Shown here one piece after another: positions 38,876-52,037 of a DNA stretch of 64,000 bases (positions are counted from its first letter, which is position 1; each line of letters begins with the position of its first letter). The stretch spans positions 11,656,001 through 11,720,000 of the forward strand of contig OZ024756.1 in NCBI GenBank assembly GCA_964016885.1, in the 5' to 3' direction. This DNA is from Eledone cirrhosa (lineage: Eukaryota). The notes below the pieces were generated by a model, which saw only the letters and a list, made by a program, of their open reading frames with translations, made no database searches and was not told the DNA's origin. The translations under genes and the position numbers were made by a program.

Positions 38876-39140
38876 GAATAGCAGACATGGATTTAAATTA
38901 TAATTACTAGACTTAGTTTCAATGGTGTTCAACAGCTGACATAGACAGACAGACAGACAGACTGTCTGTCTGTGGGTCAGCCTGACTGACAACAGACAGA
39001 CATAGCAGAACACAGTCATACTGTAGCACACACACACACACACACACACAAAACCACTGCAGCACATATACACACACACTAACACAGAGAGAGACATCTT
39101 CACTACAACATAGGCATACCAGAACTCACAGATCAGACAG

Positions 39141-39207
<67 letters not shown>

Positions 39208-39951
39208 ACCAGGGTGGAAGAAGTTTAGGGAGCTACTGCCACTGTTAGCTACAAAAGGCTTTTCCCTCAAAATGAAAAGCAGACTGTATGATGTGTGCAT
39301 ACGAACAGCAATGTTGCATGGTGGTGACACCTGGGTGCTGTGTACAGAAGACATACATAGATTGGAAAGAAATGAAGCCTGCATGCTCTGATGGATGTGT
39401 AATAGTTATATACATGAATGGCAAAGAATAAAAACGAATTGAGAAAGAGATTAGGTATAGGAGGAATCAAATGCTGTGTGCAGGAGAGGAGGTTGCGTTG
39501 GTATTGACATGTGATGCATATGAAGGATGACGGCTGCATGAAAAGACGCAGAGCACTCAGTGTCAACAGAAGCCTTGGAGTGGGAAGATCTGGGATAGGG
39601 TGATAAAAGCTGATCTTGCCCAATTGCACCTCCCAAAGGCGATGACACATGACCGGGATCTGTGGCGATATGCAGTAATACAGAAGACCTGACTTCCCAC
39701 GGGTACAAGCCGAAGCTGAAGCATATAGACAATATGCCCCCACCCCTCTCCCACTGCAAAATGGTTGTGGAGGTGCCACAACAAAAAGCACCCATACTCA
39801 CTGTAAGTGTGGTTGGTGTTAAGAAGGGCATCAAGCCCAAATCAGTTCTGTATGAGCAAGACATAATTACCTGACCTGGAATTGCCCACAACTGGACAAC
39901 TCGTCTAACCCATGCTAGCGTGGAAAAATGGACGTAAAACAATGATGATGA
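39208..39951 (+). mobile_element. Decayed RTE LINE 3' fragment
   Basis: GWKKFRELLPLLATKGFSLKMK... followed by the 3'UTR and (GAT)n. Confidence 0.88.
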
Positions 39952-39976
39952 TATATATATATATATATATATATAT

Positions 39977-40327
39977 CATCATCATCATCATCATCATCAT
40001 TTCATTTTACGTCCACTTTTCCCTGCTTGCAAGGGTGGGACGGGAACTGATTCTGGCTTGATTTCTACAGTTGGATGCCCTTCCTAACACCAACCTCATT
40101 TACAGTGAGTGCTGGGTGCTTTTTTGCCGTGGCACCTACACGTCCACTTTGCTGTGGAATGATAGGAACCCCAGTCCCTATCATCTCATTTCTACAGCTG
40201 AGTAAGCTGGAGCAATGTGAAATAAAGTGTCTTGCTCAAGGAAACAACACATCACCCAGTCTGAGAATTGAACTCACAACCTTTCGATTGCAAGGCCAAT
40301 GCTCTAACCACTAAGCCATATGCCTCC
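39977..40327 (-). mobile_element. Full-length CORE-type tRNA SINE
   Basis: Same structure as 19201-19540. Confidence 0.9.
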
Positions 40328-40339
40328 ATAGCCATATAT

Positions 40340-40948
40340 ATATATATACATACATACATGATGGCTGCCCCCTTATCGAGTGTGGCCATTGCACGATACA
40401 TTATTAATAATTATCAATTAATTCTATCGTGCAATTCCTGTGCGTGTAGATGTTTTTGAAAGTGAGGAAAGACTGTGCACTGAGCCAATCCCACTCTCTG
40501 AGCGACAGTAGCTATAACCCGAAAAGAAGAAAAGATCAACATCATCGGTAACTACTAAGCCACAGGTTTTATATCGGAGTTATCCCAGTTTCCTGAGTTG
40601 CCTTCTCCTAGAAGAATGCCCTGACAAAGGCTAGGGGTCCTTCACTCCCAGTGGTTTAACCACGCGATCGGGTGTCCAGCCCGACTATTTCTATGACCCC
40701 GCGCATACACATACACCCATGTATATATACATGTACATGTGTTCATACATATTTACACATGTTTGGATGGCAGTTCTTCCGCCCTTTGTCAGGTTTTGTT
40801 TTTTGTCCTGCAGGGTGTCCAAAATCACTCTCTAAACGGCAACCCCACCAAGTTTACTTGGTGGGGTTGCCGGTTTAGTCGCCGACGACCCGACCATGAG
40901 ACAGGTTGTACTGGGTTGCATGTTACCAGTAGCACTCAAGAGTGACCC
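40340..40948 (-). mobile_element. Probable non-autonomous retroelement with RTE 5'UTR-like sequence and a strong hairpin
   Basis: GC-richer island between (TACA)n tracts, with a 17-bp perfect inverted repeat at 40837-40872. The AGGAGAAGGCAACTC motif resembles RTE 5' regions (from recall only). Confidence 0.4.
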
Positions 40949-41164
40949 AACATAATATACATACATACATATACACATACATACACACAATGTATATGTG
41001 TGTGTATATGTCTGTGTGTATGTATGTATGTATATATATATATATGTATGTCAGACACTTACACACGTGTGTATCTAACATCTCTGTTATGTAAATCATC
41101 TTGACAGGGGGAAGTAGCATTTATAAATACATCCTATAGAATCAGTAATTTTAGCTTTAATCGC

Positions 41165-41850
41165 ACTCTCTCTCTATCTCCCTCTCTCTCTCTCTCTCCC
41201 TCTCTCTCCTTACCTCTCTCCTTTACTATGTCTTTCTCTCTTCTCTCTCCTTTACTATCTTTCTCTCTTCTCTCTCTCCTTTACTATCTCTCTCTCTTCC
41301 CTCTCGCCTTTACTATCTCTCTTCCCTCTCTCCTTTACTATCTCTCTCTCTCCCTCCTTTACTATGTCTTCCTTTCTTCCCTCTCTCCTTTACTATGTCT
41401 TTCTCTCTTCCCTCTCCTTTACTATCTTTCTCTTTTCTCTCTCTCCTTTACTATATCTCTCTCTCTTCCCTCCTTTACTATCTCTCTCTCTTCTCTCTCT
41501 CCTTTACTATCTCTCTCTTCTCTCTCTCCTTTACTATCTCTCTCTCTTCTCTCTCTCCTTTACTATCTCTCTCTCTTCTCTCTCTCCTTTACTATCTTTC
41601 TCTTCTCTCTCTCCTTTACTATCTCTCTCTCTTCTCTCTCTCCTTTACTATCTCTCTCTCTTCTCTCTCTCCTTCCCTCTCTCTCTTTCTCCCCTCTCTC
41701 TCTCCTTTACTATCTCTCTCTCTTCCCTCTCTCATTCCCTCTCTCTCTTCTCTCACTCCTTTACTATCTCTCCTTCCCTCTCTCTCATTTACTATCCCCC
41801 TCTCTTCCCTCTCTCCTTTACTATATCTCCCTCTCTCTTTCTCTCTATAT
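41165..41850. repeat. (CT)n-rich repeat with CCTTTACTATC units
   Basis: Polypyrimidine tandem units. Confidence 0.92.
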
Positions 41851-41859
41851 TGTTACTAT

Positions 41860-44056
41860 CTTTCACACCACACACTCCTGTCTCACACCACACACACACT
41901 TCTGTCTCACACCACACACACACTCCTGTCTCACACCACACACACACTTCTGTCTCACACCACACACACACTTCTGTCTCACACCACACACACACTCCTG
42001 TCTCACACCACACACACTCCTGTCTCACACCACACACACACTCCTGTCTCACACCACACACACACTCCTGTCTCACACCACACACACACTCCTGTCTCAC
42101 ATCACACACACACTCCTGTCTCACACCACACACACACTTCTGTCTCACACCACACACACACTTCTGTCTCACACCACACACACACTCCTGTCTCACACCA
42201 CACACACACTCCTGTCTCACACCACACACACACTTCTGTCTCACACCACACACACACTCCTGTCTCACACCACACACACTTCTGTCTCACACCACACACA
42301 CACTCCTGTCTCACACCACACACACACTCCTGTCTCACACCACACACACACTCCTGTCTCACACCACACACACACTTCTGTCTCACACCACACACACACT
42401 CCTGTCTCACACCACACACACACTCCTGTCTCACACTACACACACACTCCTGTCTCACACCACACACACACTCCTGTCTCACACCACACACACACTCCTG
42501 TCTCACACCACACACACACTCCTGTCTCACACCACACACACACTCCAGTCTCACACCACACACACACTCCTGTCTCACACCACACACACACTTCCGTCTC
42601 ACACCACACACACTTCTGTCTCACACCACACACACACTCCTGTCTCACACCACACACACACTCCTGTCTCACACCACACACACACTCCTGTCTCACACCA
42701 CACACACACTCCTGTCTCACACCACACACACACTCCTGTCTCACACCACACACACACTTCTGTCTCACACCACACACACACTTCTGTCTCACACCACACA
42801 CACACTTCTGTCTCACACCACACACACACTTCTGTCTCACACCACACACACTCTCCTGTCTCACACCACACACACTCTCCTGTCTCACACCACACACACT
42901 CCAGTCTCACACCACACACACACTTCTGTCTCACACCACACACACACTCCTGTCTCACACCACACACACACTCCTGTCTCACACCACACACACACTCCTG
43001 TCTCACACTACACACACACTCCAGTCTCACACCACACACACACTCCTGTCTCACACCACACACACACTCCTGTCTCACACTACACACACACTCCTGTCTC
43101 ACACCACACACACACTCCTGTCTCACACCACACACACACTCCTGTCTCACACCACACACACACTCCTGTCTCACACCACACACACACTCCAGTCTCACAC
43201 CACACACACACTCCTGTCTCACACCACACACACACTTCCGTCTCACACCACACACACTTCTGTCTCACACCACACACACACTCCTGTCTCACACCACACA
43301 CACACTCCTGTCTCACACCACACACACACTTCTGTCTCACACCACACACACACTCCTGTCTCACACCACACACACTTCTGTCTCACACCACACACACACT
43401 CCTGTCTCACACCACACACACACTCCTGTCTCACACCACACACACACTCCTGTCTCACACCACACACACACTCCTGTCTCACACCACACACACACTCCTG
43501 TCTCACACCACACACACTTCTGTCTCACACCACACACACACTCCTGTCTCACACCACACACACACTCCTGTCTCACACCACACACACTTCTGTCTCACAC
43601 CACACACACACTCCTGTCTCACACCACACACACACTCCTGTCTCACACCACACACACACTCCAGTCTCACACCACACACACTCCAGTCTCACACCACACA
43701 CACACTCCTGTCTCACACCACACACACACTCCTGTCTCACACCACACACACACTCCTGTCTCACACCACACACACACTCCTGTCTCACACCACACACACA
43801 CTCCTGTCTCACACCACACACACTCCTGTCTCACACCACACACACACTCCTGTCTCACACCACACACACACTCCTGTCTCACACCACACACACACTCCTG
43901 TCTCACACCACACACACTCCAGTCTCACACCACACACACTCCTGTCTCACACCACACACACACTCCTGTCTCACACCACACACACTCCAGTCTCACACCA
44001 CACACACACTCCTGTCTCACACCACACACACACTCCTGTCTCACACCACACACACA
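41860..44056. repeat. 22-24 bp minisatellite (CACACCACACACACACTCCTGTCT)n, about 90 copies
   Basis: Direct tandem array; explains the ~1000-aa ORFs in all three + frames. Confidence 0.97.
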
Positions 44057-44341
44057 TATGCACACACTTTCTCATATGCATACTTGTGCACCCACACACA
44101 CTTTTTCATACGCATACTTGTGCACTCACACACACACATGCACACACTTTCTCATACGCATACTTGTGCACTCACACACACACACATGCACACACTTTTT
44201 CATACGCATACTTGTGCACTCACACACACACACACACATTTCTCCTGCAAACACATCGTAGTAACAACCTTTACACCAAAAAGCCTTAAAAATGTTAATT
44301 CAAAGGTTTATAATGTCTTGTGGAGAAATCATGAAAATCTA

Positions 44342-44556
44342 TTAAACCCTTTGGCATTTAAACCGGCCATATCCGGCCAGAATTCTCTCACCTTTTTCTG
44401 TTCAAACCAGCTATAACTGGCTGCTCATACTGATGTTAAAGTATTGTTCGGAAAATAAATAACATCAAAACCTCGTAGATTCAATATTATGTGCGCTAAT
44501 TATGTAAGATAAAGCCTTTACCACAAAAATACGATAGTATATATAGTGTAATGTAA
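44342..44556. mobile_element. piggyBac-type TTAA MITE, one end degenerate
   Basis: TTAAACCCTTTGGCATTTAAACCGGCC..., same orientation as 10606. Confidence 0.75.
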
Positions 44557-44698
44557 AGGAAAGACTTTGATATTTTAATGTGATGCAGTCATAGTTATGC
44601 TTTGTGGTTTCATGTGCTTAATTCAAATGTTTATAGTATCTTTACTAGTGGACAGATTGTTGTGAAAATGTGCACTATTAGAGGAAAGACTTCAGTGT

Positions 44699-44926
44699 TT
44701 AACCCTTTAGCATTCACATTATTTTATATATACTATTATATTTTCGTGGTAAAGGCTTTACCTCGCATAATTATCTCACATAATATCGAATCTATGAGAT
44801 TTTGAAAGTACTTATTTTCAGAAAAATACCTTAACATCAGTTTGAGTGACTGGTTACAGCCAGTTTGAACAGAGAGAGGTAGAGAATTCTGGCCGGTTTT
44901 GGCCAGTTTGAACATTAAAGGGTTAA
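44699..44926. mobile_element. piggyBac-type TTAA MITE (unexpanded, about 220 bp)
   Basis: TTAA|CCCTTTAG...TAAAGGG|TTAA; inverted relative to the 44342 copy. Confidence 0.85.
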
Positions 44927-45559
44927 TGTGATGCAGTCATAGTGTTATTTGGTACTTTTTAAGAAGTCTTATTATTGTGGTTTCATATGGTACAGGACAT
45001 TAAGAGTTAATCATTAAATACGTATATACTTACTGTTCTGGATGTACACATCATTGAGCCGGGTCTTAGCTTAGCCATCTCTAATATGGCCATCACCAGA
45101 ACCTATAGGATTGTCATCATTGGTTGATAGAATTTCTAGAAATAGCAGCCAAATCTCTCTCAAAATCACACACATCTGTGTAGATTAAGCTAAGTATATA
45201 TTGGATAATGTAGTCATAGATATTCTGAAAGAGACAAAGTGATCATGGTTGAAATGACTTTGATCATAGGTGTTCTCATTTAGTGCTGACCGAGGCACAC
45301 ATGACAAAAGATTAGCTGAATGGTATATTATGTCTTGCAGTGTTCCAGTTCCTTGTATTCTGAGTCGAAATCCAGGGCAACGTTTGGGATTATTTTATTT
45401 CACTTTTCAAGGTTTGTTGTCTTCTGGACCCTCCTTGGTGGGTCTTGGGCTACGTATCCTCTGTACTTCCATACTACACCTCTCAGGACAGATATCAGGC
45501 CAGTGCTGATAGATTGGTGGAATGGTTAGAGAACTGGCCAGGTTCTATTTTAGTCACCA

Positions 45560-45665
45560 AATAATTGTTTCTACTTTAGGCACAAGGCCAGCAAATACCC
45601 AGTGCATTACTGGTACTTTATTTTATCGACCCCGTAAGGATGAAAGGCAAAGTTAACCTCGGCGG
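45560..45665 (-). mobile_element. (ATT)-tail SINE 3' fragment
   Basis: Matches the family's central domain and 3' end. Confidence 0.8.
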
Positions 45666-46497
45666 ATAATACAAGTCAGTATTGGATCATAGAGTGCCAG
45701 ATTTAACTATTTTCATACTAACAGTCTTGAAACAACCCCTCATATAAGACTGCCTGTTTTTTTTATTTTAAAACCATCCATCATAATTTTATCTAAGACA
45801 TTTTAAGTAATGTTCTAAACATCATCTTACTAATGAAAGAACTTAGTTACCTCACTGAATTCCTCAAATTTTAAAATAACTTTTTTCTTTTCAATTTTTT
45901 TAAAGCCGGTTCACTGCAGTAGAAAAATACACCCTTTGTATCTTTCTACCACATTCTACCGGCTTTACAAATAATAATAATAATAATATTTTAAATTATC
46001 GGTCTTTTACTACATATCTCATAGTGCTTTTTATTAACTAAACTACTTTATAATTACTATTTTCAAAATTAATTTATTAGAAATATAGTGAAATTATCAA
46101 GAGGTAAATTGACAAAACTTCTTCACTGTTTTCATTCCCAATGGACATATTATAGGTTGTTGAGGTCTTGGATTCCACTGATTGGTATATTGGTCATATG
46201 TCATTTATTATAGCTTAAAGTTTACCAAACTTTATTGAGTGGTTGTCTTCTTTTTCAATGTTACCATTAATTAGAATAAATCTTTGAAGGCAGTAGAATG
46301 CCAGAAATGTTAAAACAACCTCCGGTATTTAGTTTCAGTCCTCAACAGCTAGATTTCAAATCCTGTTTTGTTGAGTTTGTCTTTTATTCATTTCTAAGTG
46401 AATAAAGAAGCCCCAGTTCTAATCCAGGGTCTCTTTAGTAGACTGTACTCCCTCCTCCTACAAATTCATGGCCTGCACCAATGTCATAAACCATCTT

Positions 46498-46768
46498 GAT
46501 ACCAAACCACCTGAAACCACCCTTGGTTCTGTGGTATAAACCCTTTTTGATACCAAACCACCTGAAACCACCCTTGGTTCTGTGGTATAAACCCTTTCTG
46601 ATACCAATCCACCTGAAACCACCCTTGGTTCTGTGGTATAAACCCTTTTTGATACCAAACCACATGAAACCACCCTTGGTTCTGTGGTATAAACCCTTTC
46701 TGATACCAATCCACATGAAACCACCCTTGGTTCTGTGGTATAAACCCTTTTTGATACCAATCCACCTG
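46498..46768. repeat. 51-bp tandem repeat (about 5 copies)
   Basis: Unit TGATACCAAACCACCTGAAACCACCCTTGGTTCTGTGGTATAAACCCTTTT; resembles the TTAACCCTTTTGATACC MITE terminus (59430-59500, minus strand). Confidence 0.9.
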
Positions 46769-46769
46769 A

Positions 46770-46944
46770 TCTGCAACCATTTTCATCATCCAGTCATCTG
46801 TGGTTTTAAGGTATTGAGACCAGTGGTTGATATCCTGTAGGACAGCTCTAGCTGGATCATTCCTCTACCTCCGTCTACTTGTCTAGGGAGATAGAGGCGA
46901 TCAACATCTGCTTTTGGGTGATGTACTCTATTACAGGTTAAAAG
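46770..46944 (-). mobile_element. R4/Dong-clade non-LTR retrotransposon ORF fragment
   Basis: Translates LLTCNRVHHPKADVDRLYLPRQVDGGRGMIQLELSY (the HPKAD..RLYLPR..GGRG motif downstream of RT); abuts (TTA)n. Confidence 0.8.
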
Positions 46945-47669
46945 TTATTATTATTATTAATTTATTTCATTTTTTAGTCTAATGGAGTGAAATTGTAGAA
47001 AGAAAATAAAACGTTTTCTGCCAGTAACTCTGCTGACTGCTTCAAATAACCGCCAACAAGGGACTTATCAGTTATAATCTCCAAGTTTGAAGGAGATTTT
47101 TCAACAGTTTTCACTATTCTAGACTCCCGTCATGGATATTCCTCTATGTAAAAATGTTTTAAAATAAAAAAAACTTAAAGAACAAATTATTTCAAAGCTA
47201 ACATTTACTGTTAAAAACATCACAGCTTGTAAACAGTGATCAAATTTCTCATTTTCATGTTTGCTTGTGGATTTGAGATGGTTTTTGTAAAATGTACACC
47301 CAGTAACCTATTTACAAATACACAAGTAGCACCCCCTACACACACACACACATATACATGCACATACACACACACATACATGCACATACACACACACATG
47401 CACATACACACACACACATATACATGCACATACACACACACACATACATGCACATACACACACACATATACATACACATATACATGCACATACACACACA
47501 CATATACATGCACATACACACACATACATGCACATACACACACACATATACATGTGCACACATACACAATTTATTTCATCCTGTCTTCCAACAACTTCCT
47601 TTCTCTCCTCTCCCTCTCTCATTACTTCTATCCTGTCGCTTCTCTTCTACTTTTCTCTATCTATGTCAT

Positions 47670-47714
<45 letters not shown>

Positions 47715-47770
47715 TCTCTCTCTCTCTCATTCTTCTCTCTATCATTCTACCAGTTCTTCCATCATTTAAT

Positions 47771-47990
47771 GTCTCGGTTGCTCTCTGATAAGTTTGCAGT
47801 CGAGCCCCTAACAGTGGAGACTTCTGGTGTCCTTGGCCCTAGGGCTACCTCCCTGCAAACCACCATAGGCGCTGAGCTGGCGAGCTGCAGGTATGAACAT
47901 CGCGAGATGGAATGGCTCTTCCAGCACATCTCCCTTACCATCCTCAGAGGAAACAACTTCTCTATTTTGTCCACCAGGGCTGTGGGGCGG
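47771..47990 (+). mobile_element. CRE-like non-LTR retrotransposon C-terminal restriction-like endonuclease fragment
   Basis: FAVEPLTVETSGVLGPRA...IGAELA...REMEWLFQHISLTILRGNNFSIL matches the P..VET.G..G / W..Q.IS..I.RGN..SIL signature. Confidence 0.7.
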
Positions 47991-48019
47991 CCAGCGCATG
48001 GGACCCCATTTGCTCACCA

Positions 48020-48258
48020 TACAGAGAGATGGGGAGGGCGAGAGAGATGGAGGTGATGACAGTGGGAGTTTGGCTCCTCTGTGGTCAGACCTGGTATACA
48101 TGAGAAATATGGGGAGGATGAGAGAGATGGAGGCAATGACAGTGGGAGTTTGGCTCCTCTGTGTTCAGACCTGATGTACATGAGAAAGATGGGGAGGACG
48201 AGAGAGATGGAGGTGATGACAGTGGGAGCTTGGCTCCTCTGTGTTCAGACCTGGTGTA
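48020..48258. repeat. ~81-bp tandem repeat (about 3 copies)
   Basis: GATGGGGAGGACGAGAGAGATGGAGGTGATGACAGTGGGAGTTTGGCTCCTCTGTG repeated. Confidence 0.85.
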
Positions 48259-49374
48259 TGTGTATGTTTACTGTCTTATCACACAAATGAAACTCCCACC
48301 AATAGCACAGATACAGGTTACACACCTTTAATGTCTGTTCCCCCAGCTAACTAGAGTTGGGTATGTTGTCACAGACTGCTGTCAGTACTTAAATACACCC
48401 TCTGACCCTACAAGTAGGCCTGAGGCCTGACATATGATCTCATGTTCTACCAACTGCATGCTATTATGGCACTAACACTAGGTAAGTTATGTCTTTGACA
48501 TAGCTGAAGAGTCTTCCTCATTCTTTGTTTAGCAGGTTTTCTATGGCTGGATGCCCTTCCTATCACAACCACTTTACAGTGTGTACTGGCTGGTAGTTTG
48601 TGTGATCATTAATACTAGGAAGGCTGGGAAAATGTAATTCCAAAACACCTTATTGTCAAAAAATCTAGAGAGAGAAAAGAAAAGACAACTCAGATCTGTT
48701 ACATTTGTTTTGGGGTTTACATTTTGGAAATAACAGAAACCAAAAAAAAAAAAAGAAGAATTATATTTTTTTGTATTAAAATGTTGACGTTTTGGAAGAA
48801 AAAGAGATCTCATTATAGATTACTGGTTCCAATATTGTGTCTACCATTTAAAAGAAACATAGCTCTTATTTAATTTGATTTACATTGACTTGTAACTCTT
48901 GAGAAAAAGTTCTTGTTAATTCTGTGAAAATAATCGGATAGTAGCAGTTTTATCTTCTCTTTTTTCTTTCTTTCTTTCTTTCTTTCTTTTTTTTTTACTT
49001 TTTTTACTTATCTTTTAAATTTTCAAATAGAAAATAATTTAAAAACCAGAAATAAGAATTGATGGAATTGGATTAGAAATTTAAGAATTAATATGGAAGA
49101 TTGAAATAAAATTTTCATTGAGGTTTGATTTGAATTTCAGATTCCAGGCTTTTTTTGTTTTTAGCCCCCATCCCATACCTTCTCCAATGTGTACTCTGGG
49201 CTGAATTTCATCCTACCTTGAAGCTTTGCTACATTTAAGCACTTTAATTGCTTAGGTGACCTCAACCTCTTACAGTTTAGTCTTCACTTTTAGATGTTGT
49301 GACAAGGGTTAAGAAATCACCAAATTATATACTCTTCACAATGTGTGTGTGTGTTTTTTTACCTAAATTTGTTA

Positions 49375-51725
49375 TTTATTATTGTCATTTGTAGCACTTT
49401 TGTTCTGGCAGATGTTATACCACATGAGTGAGCCTCAGCCAATGGTCAAAGGTCCTTTGGCTCATTCCTTCTCCTTCAATTTTCTAACCCCCACCCGTTC
49501 CTTTCTTTGCTGTTCCTAGCAGAGTTGTTTTCTACAACAATCACGTCCTCATGGTAATTCCTAGCTTTTCAAACCAGGCATCTAACCTACTAGCTTCTCC
49601 CAGTGTACTAATCACAATTGGTACCACTTCTACATGTCTAACCTACTAGCTTCTCCCAGTGTACTAATCACAATTGGTACCACTTCTACATGTCTAACCT
49701 ACTAGCTTCTCCCAGTGTACTAATCACAATTGGTACCACTTCTACATGTCTAACCTACTAGCTTCTCCCAGTGTACTAATCACAATTGGTACCACTTCTA
49801 CATGTCTAACCTACTAGCTTCTCCCAGTGTACTAATCACAATTGGTACCACTTCTACATGTCTAACCTACTAGCTTCTCCCAGTGTACTAATCACAATTG
49901 GTACCACTTCTACATGTCTAACCTACTAGCTTCTCCCAGTGTACTAATCACAATTGGTACCACTTCTACATGTCTAACCTACTAGCTTCTCTCAGGATAC
50001 TAATCACAATTGGTACCACTTCTACATGTCTAACCTACTAGCTTCTCCCAGTGTACTAATCACAATTGGTACCACTTCTACATGTCTAACCTACTAGCTT
50101 CTCCCAGTGTACTAATCACAATTGGTACCACTTCTACATGTCTAACCTACTAGCTTCTCCCAGTGTGCTAATCACAATTGGTACCACTTCTACATGTCTA
50201 ACCTACTAGCTTCTCCCAGTGTACTAATCACAATTGGTACCACTTCTACATGTCTAACCTACTAGCTTCTCCCAGTGTACTAATCACAATTGGTACCACT
50301 TCTACATGTCTAACCTACTAGCTTCTCCCAGTGTACTAATCACAATTGGTACCACTTCTACATGTCTAACCTACTAGCTTCTCCCAGTGTACTAATCACA
50401 ATTGGTACCACTTCTACATGTCTAACCTACTAGCTTCTCCCAGTGTACTAATCACAATTGGTACCACTTCTACATGTCTAACCTACTAGCTTCTCTCAGG
50501 ATACTAATCACAATTGGTACCACTTCTACATGTCTAACCTACTAGCTTCTCTCAGGATACTAATCACAATTGGTACCACTTCTACATGTCTAACCTACTA
50601 GCTTCTCTCAGGATACTAATCACAATTGGTACCACTTCTACATGTCTAACCTACTAGCTTCTCTCAGTGTACTAATCACAATTGGTACCACTTCTACATG
50701 TCTAACCTACTAGCTTCTCCCAGTGTACTAATCACAATTGGTACCACTTCTACATGTCTAACCTACTAGCTTCTCTCAGGATACTAATCACAATTGGTAC
50801 CACTTCTACATGTCTAACCTACTAGCTTCTCCCAGTGTACTAATCACAATTGGTACCACTTCTACATGTCTAACCTACTAGCTTCTCTCAGGATACTAAT
50901 CACAATTGGTACCACTTCTACATGTCTAACCTACTAGCTTCTCTCAGGATACTAATCACAATTGGTACCACTTCTACATGTCTAACCTACTAACTGTTCC
51001 CAGTGTACTAATCACAATTGGTACCACTTCTACTTGACTAACCTACTAACTTCTCCAAGTGTACCAATCACAATTGGTACCACTTCTACTTGACTAACCT
51101 ACTAACTACTCCAAGTGTACCAATCACAATCGGTACCACTTCTACTTGACTAACCTACTAACTGTTCCAAGTGTACCAACCACAATCGGTACCACTTCTA
51201 CTTGACTAACCTACTAACTGTTCCCAGTGTACCAATCACAATTGGTACCACTTCTACTTGACTAACCTACTAACTACTCCAAGTGTACCAATCACAATTG
51301 GTACCACTTCTACATGTCTGATTCTTCATAGTTTCCTGATTTCTCTCTTTAATTCCTGGTATTTCTCAACCTTTTCACTTTCCTTCTCATCCACCCTGTG
51401 GTACCATGGTGAAGCAATATCCACAATACATGTCTTGTTGTTCTTCTTTTCTACGACAACAATGTCAGGTTCTCTAGCCACAATAAAATGGTCGCATTAG
51501 ATGGTCATGTCCCACAAGATCTTATACTGGTCCTTTTCAGCCACCCTTTCCAGTTGGTGTTCACACCATTTCTCACTTCTGCTCATGTCATATGACAGAG
51601 CTTCCAATGAACCAATCTGGCAATGTTGCCATACGTTCTCTTGTACTCTTTCTCAGAAAGTATCTTATTACATTCACTAATAATGTGGTTTATTGTCTCA
51701 CTTTTCTCACCACACAGCTTACTAA
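49375..51725 (-). mobile_element. R4/Dong-clade retrotransposon 3' fragment (CCHC knuckle and PD-(D/E)xK endonuclease) interrupted by a minisatellite
   Basis: Minus strand: LCGEKSETINHIISEC...IARLVHWKLC, KILWDMTI, REPDIVVVEKKNNKTCIVDIASPW, EKVEKYQELKREI and VEVVPIVIGTLG; after the array, TLLGTAK and a TAA-rich end. Confidence 0.85.
49580..51318. repeat. 56-bp minisatellite, about 31 copies
   Basis: Unit ACATGTCTAACCTACTAGCTTCTCCCAGTGTACTAATCACAATTGGTACCACTTCT. Confidence 0.97.
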
Positions 51726-51762
51726 GTGTGGAACTCACACTTGTCAATATTGAACTTGACAT

Positions 51763-51858
51763 CAATAAAATAAAGTACCAGTAACGCCCTGGGGTCGATT
51801 TAATCAATCCCCCCCCCCCCCAAAAAAAAACTGTTGGCCTTGTGCCTAAATCAGAAAC

Positions 51859-51917
<59 letters not shown>

Positions 51918-52004
51918 TTGCCTTTCATCCTTACGGGGTCGATAAAATAAAGTAATTGTCGATAAAATAAAGTAATTGCTGGCCTTGTGCCAAAAGTAGA
52001 AACA

Positions 52005-52037
<33 letters not shown>

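Noticed and set aside
41228-44416. ~1000-aa ORFs in all three + frames
   Set aside because: They result from stop-free CT-rich and 24-bp tandem repeats; there is no domain content.
46435-46840. 17-aa repeat peptide precursor (GFRWFGIKKGLYHRTKG), resembling a neuropeptide or antimicrobial peptide
   Set aside because: The 51-bp tandem repeat is open in four frames on both strands, lacks a signal peptide, and resembles a transposon end.
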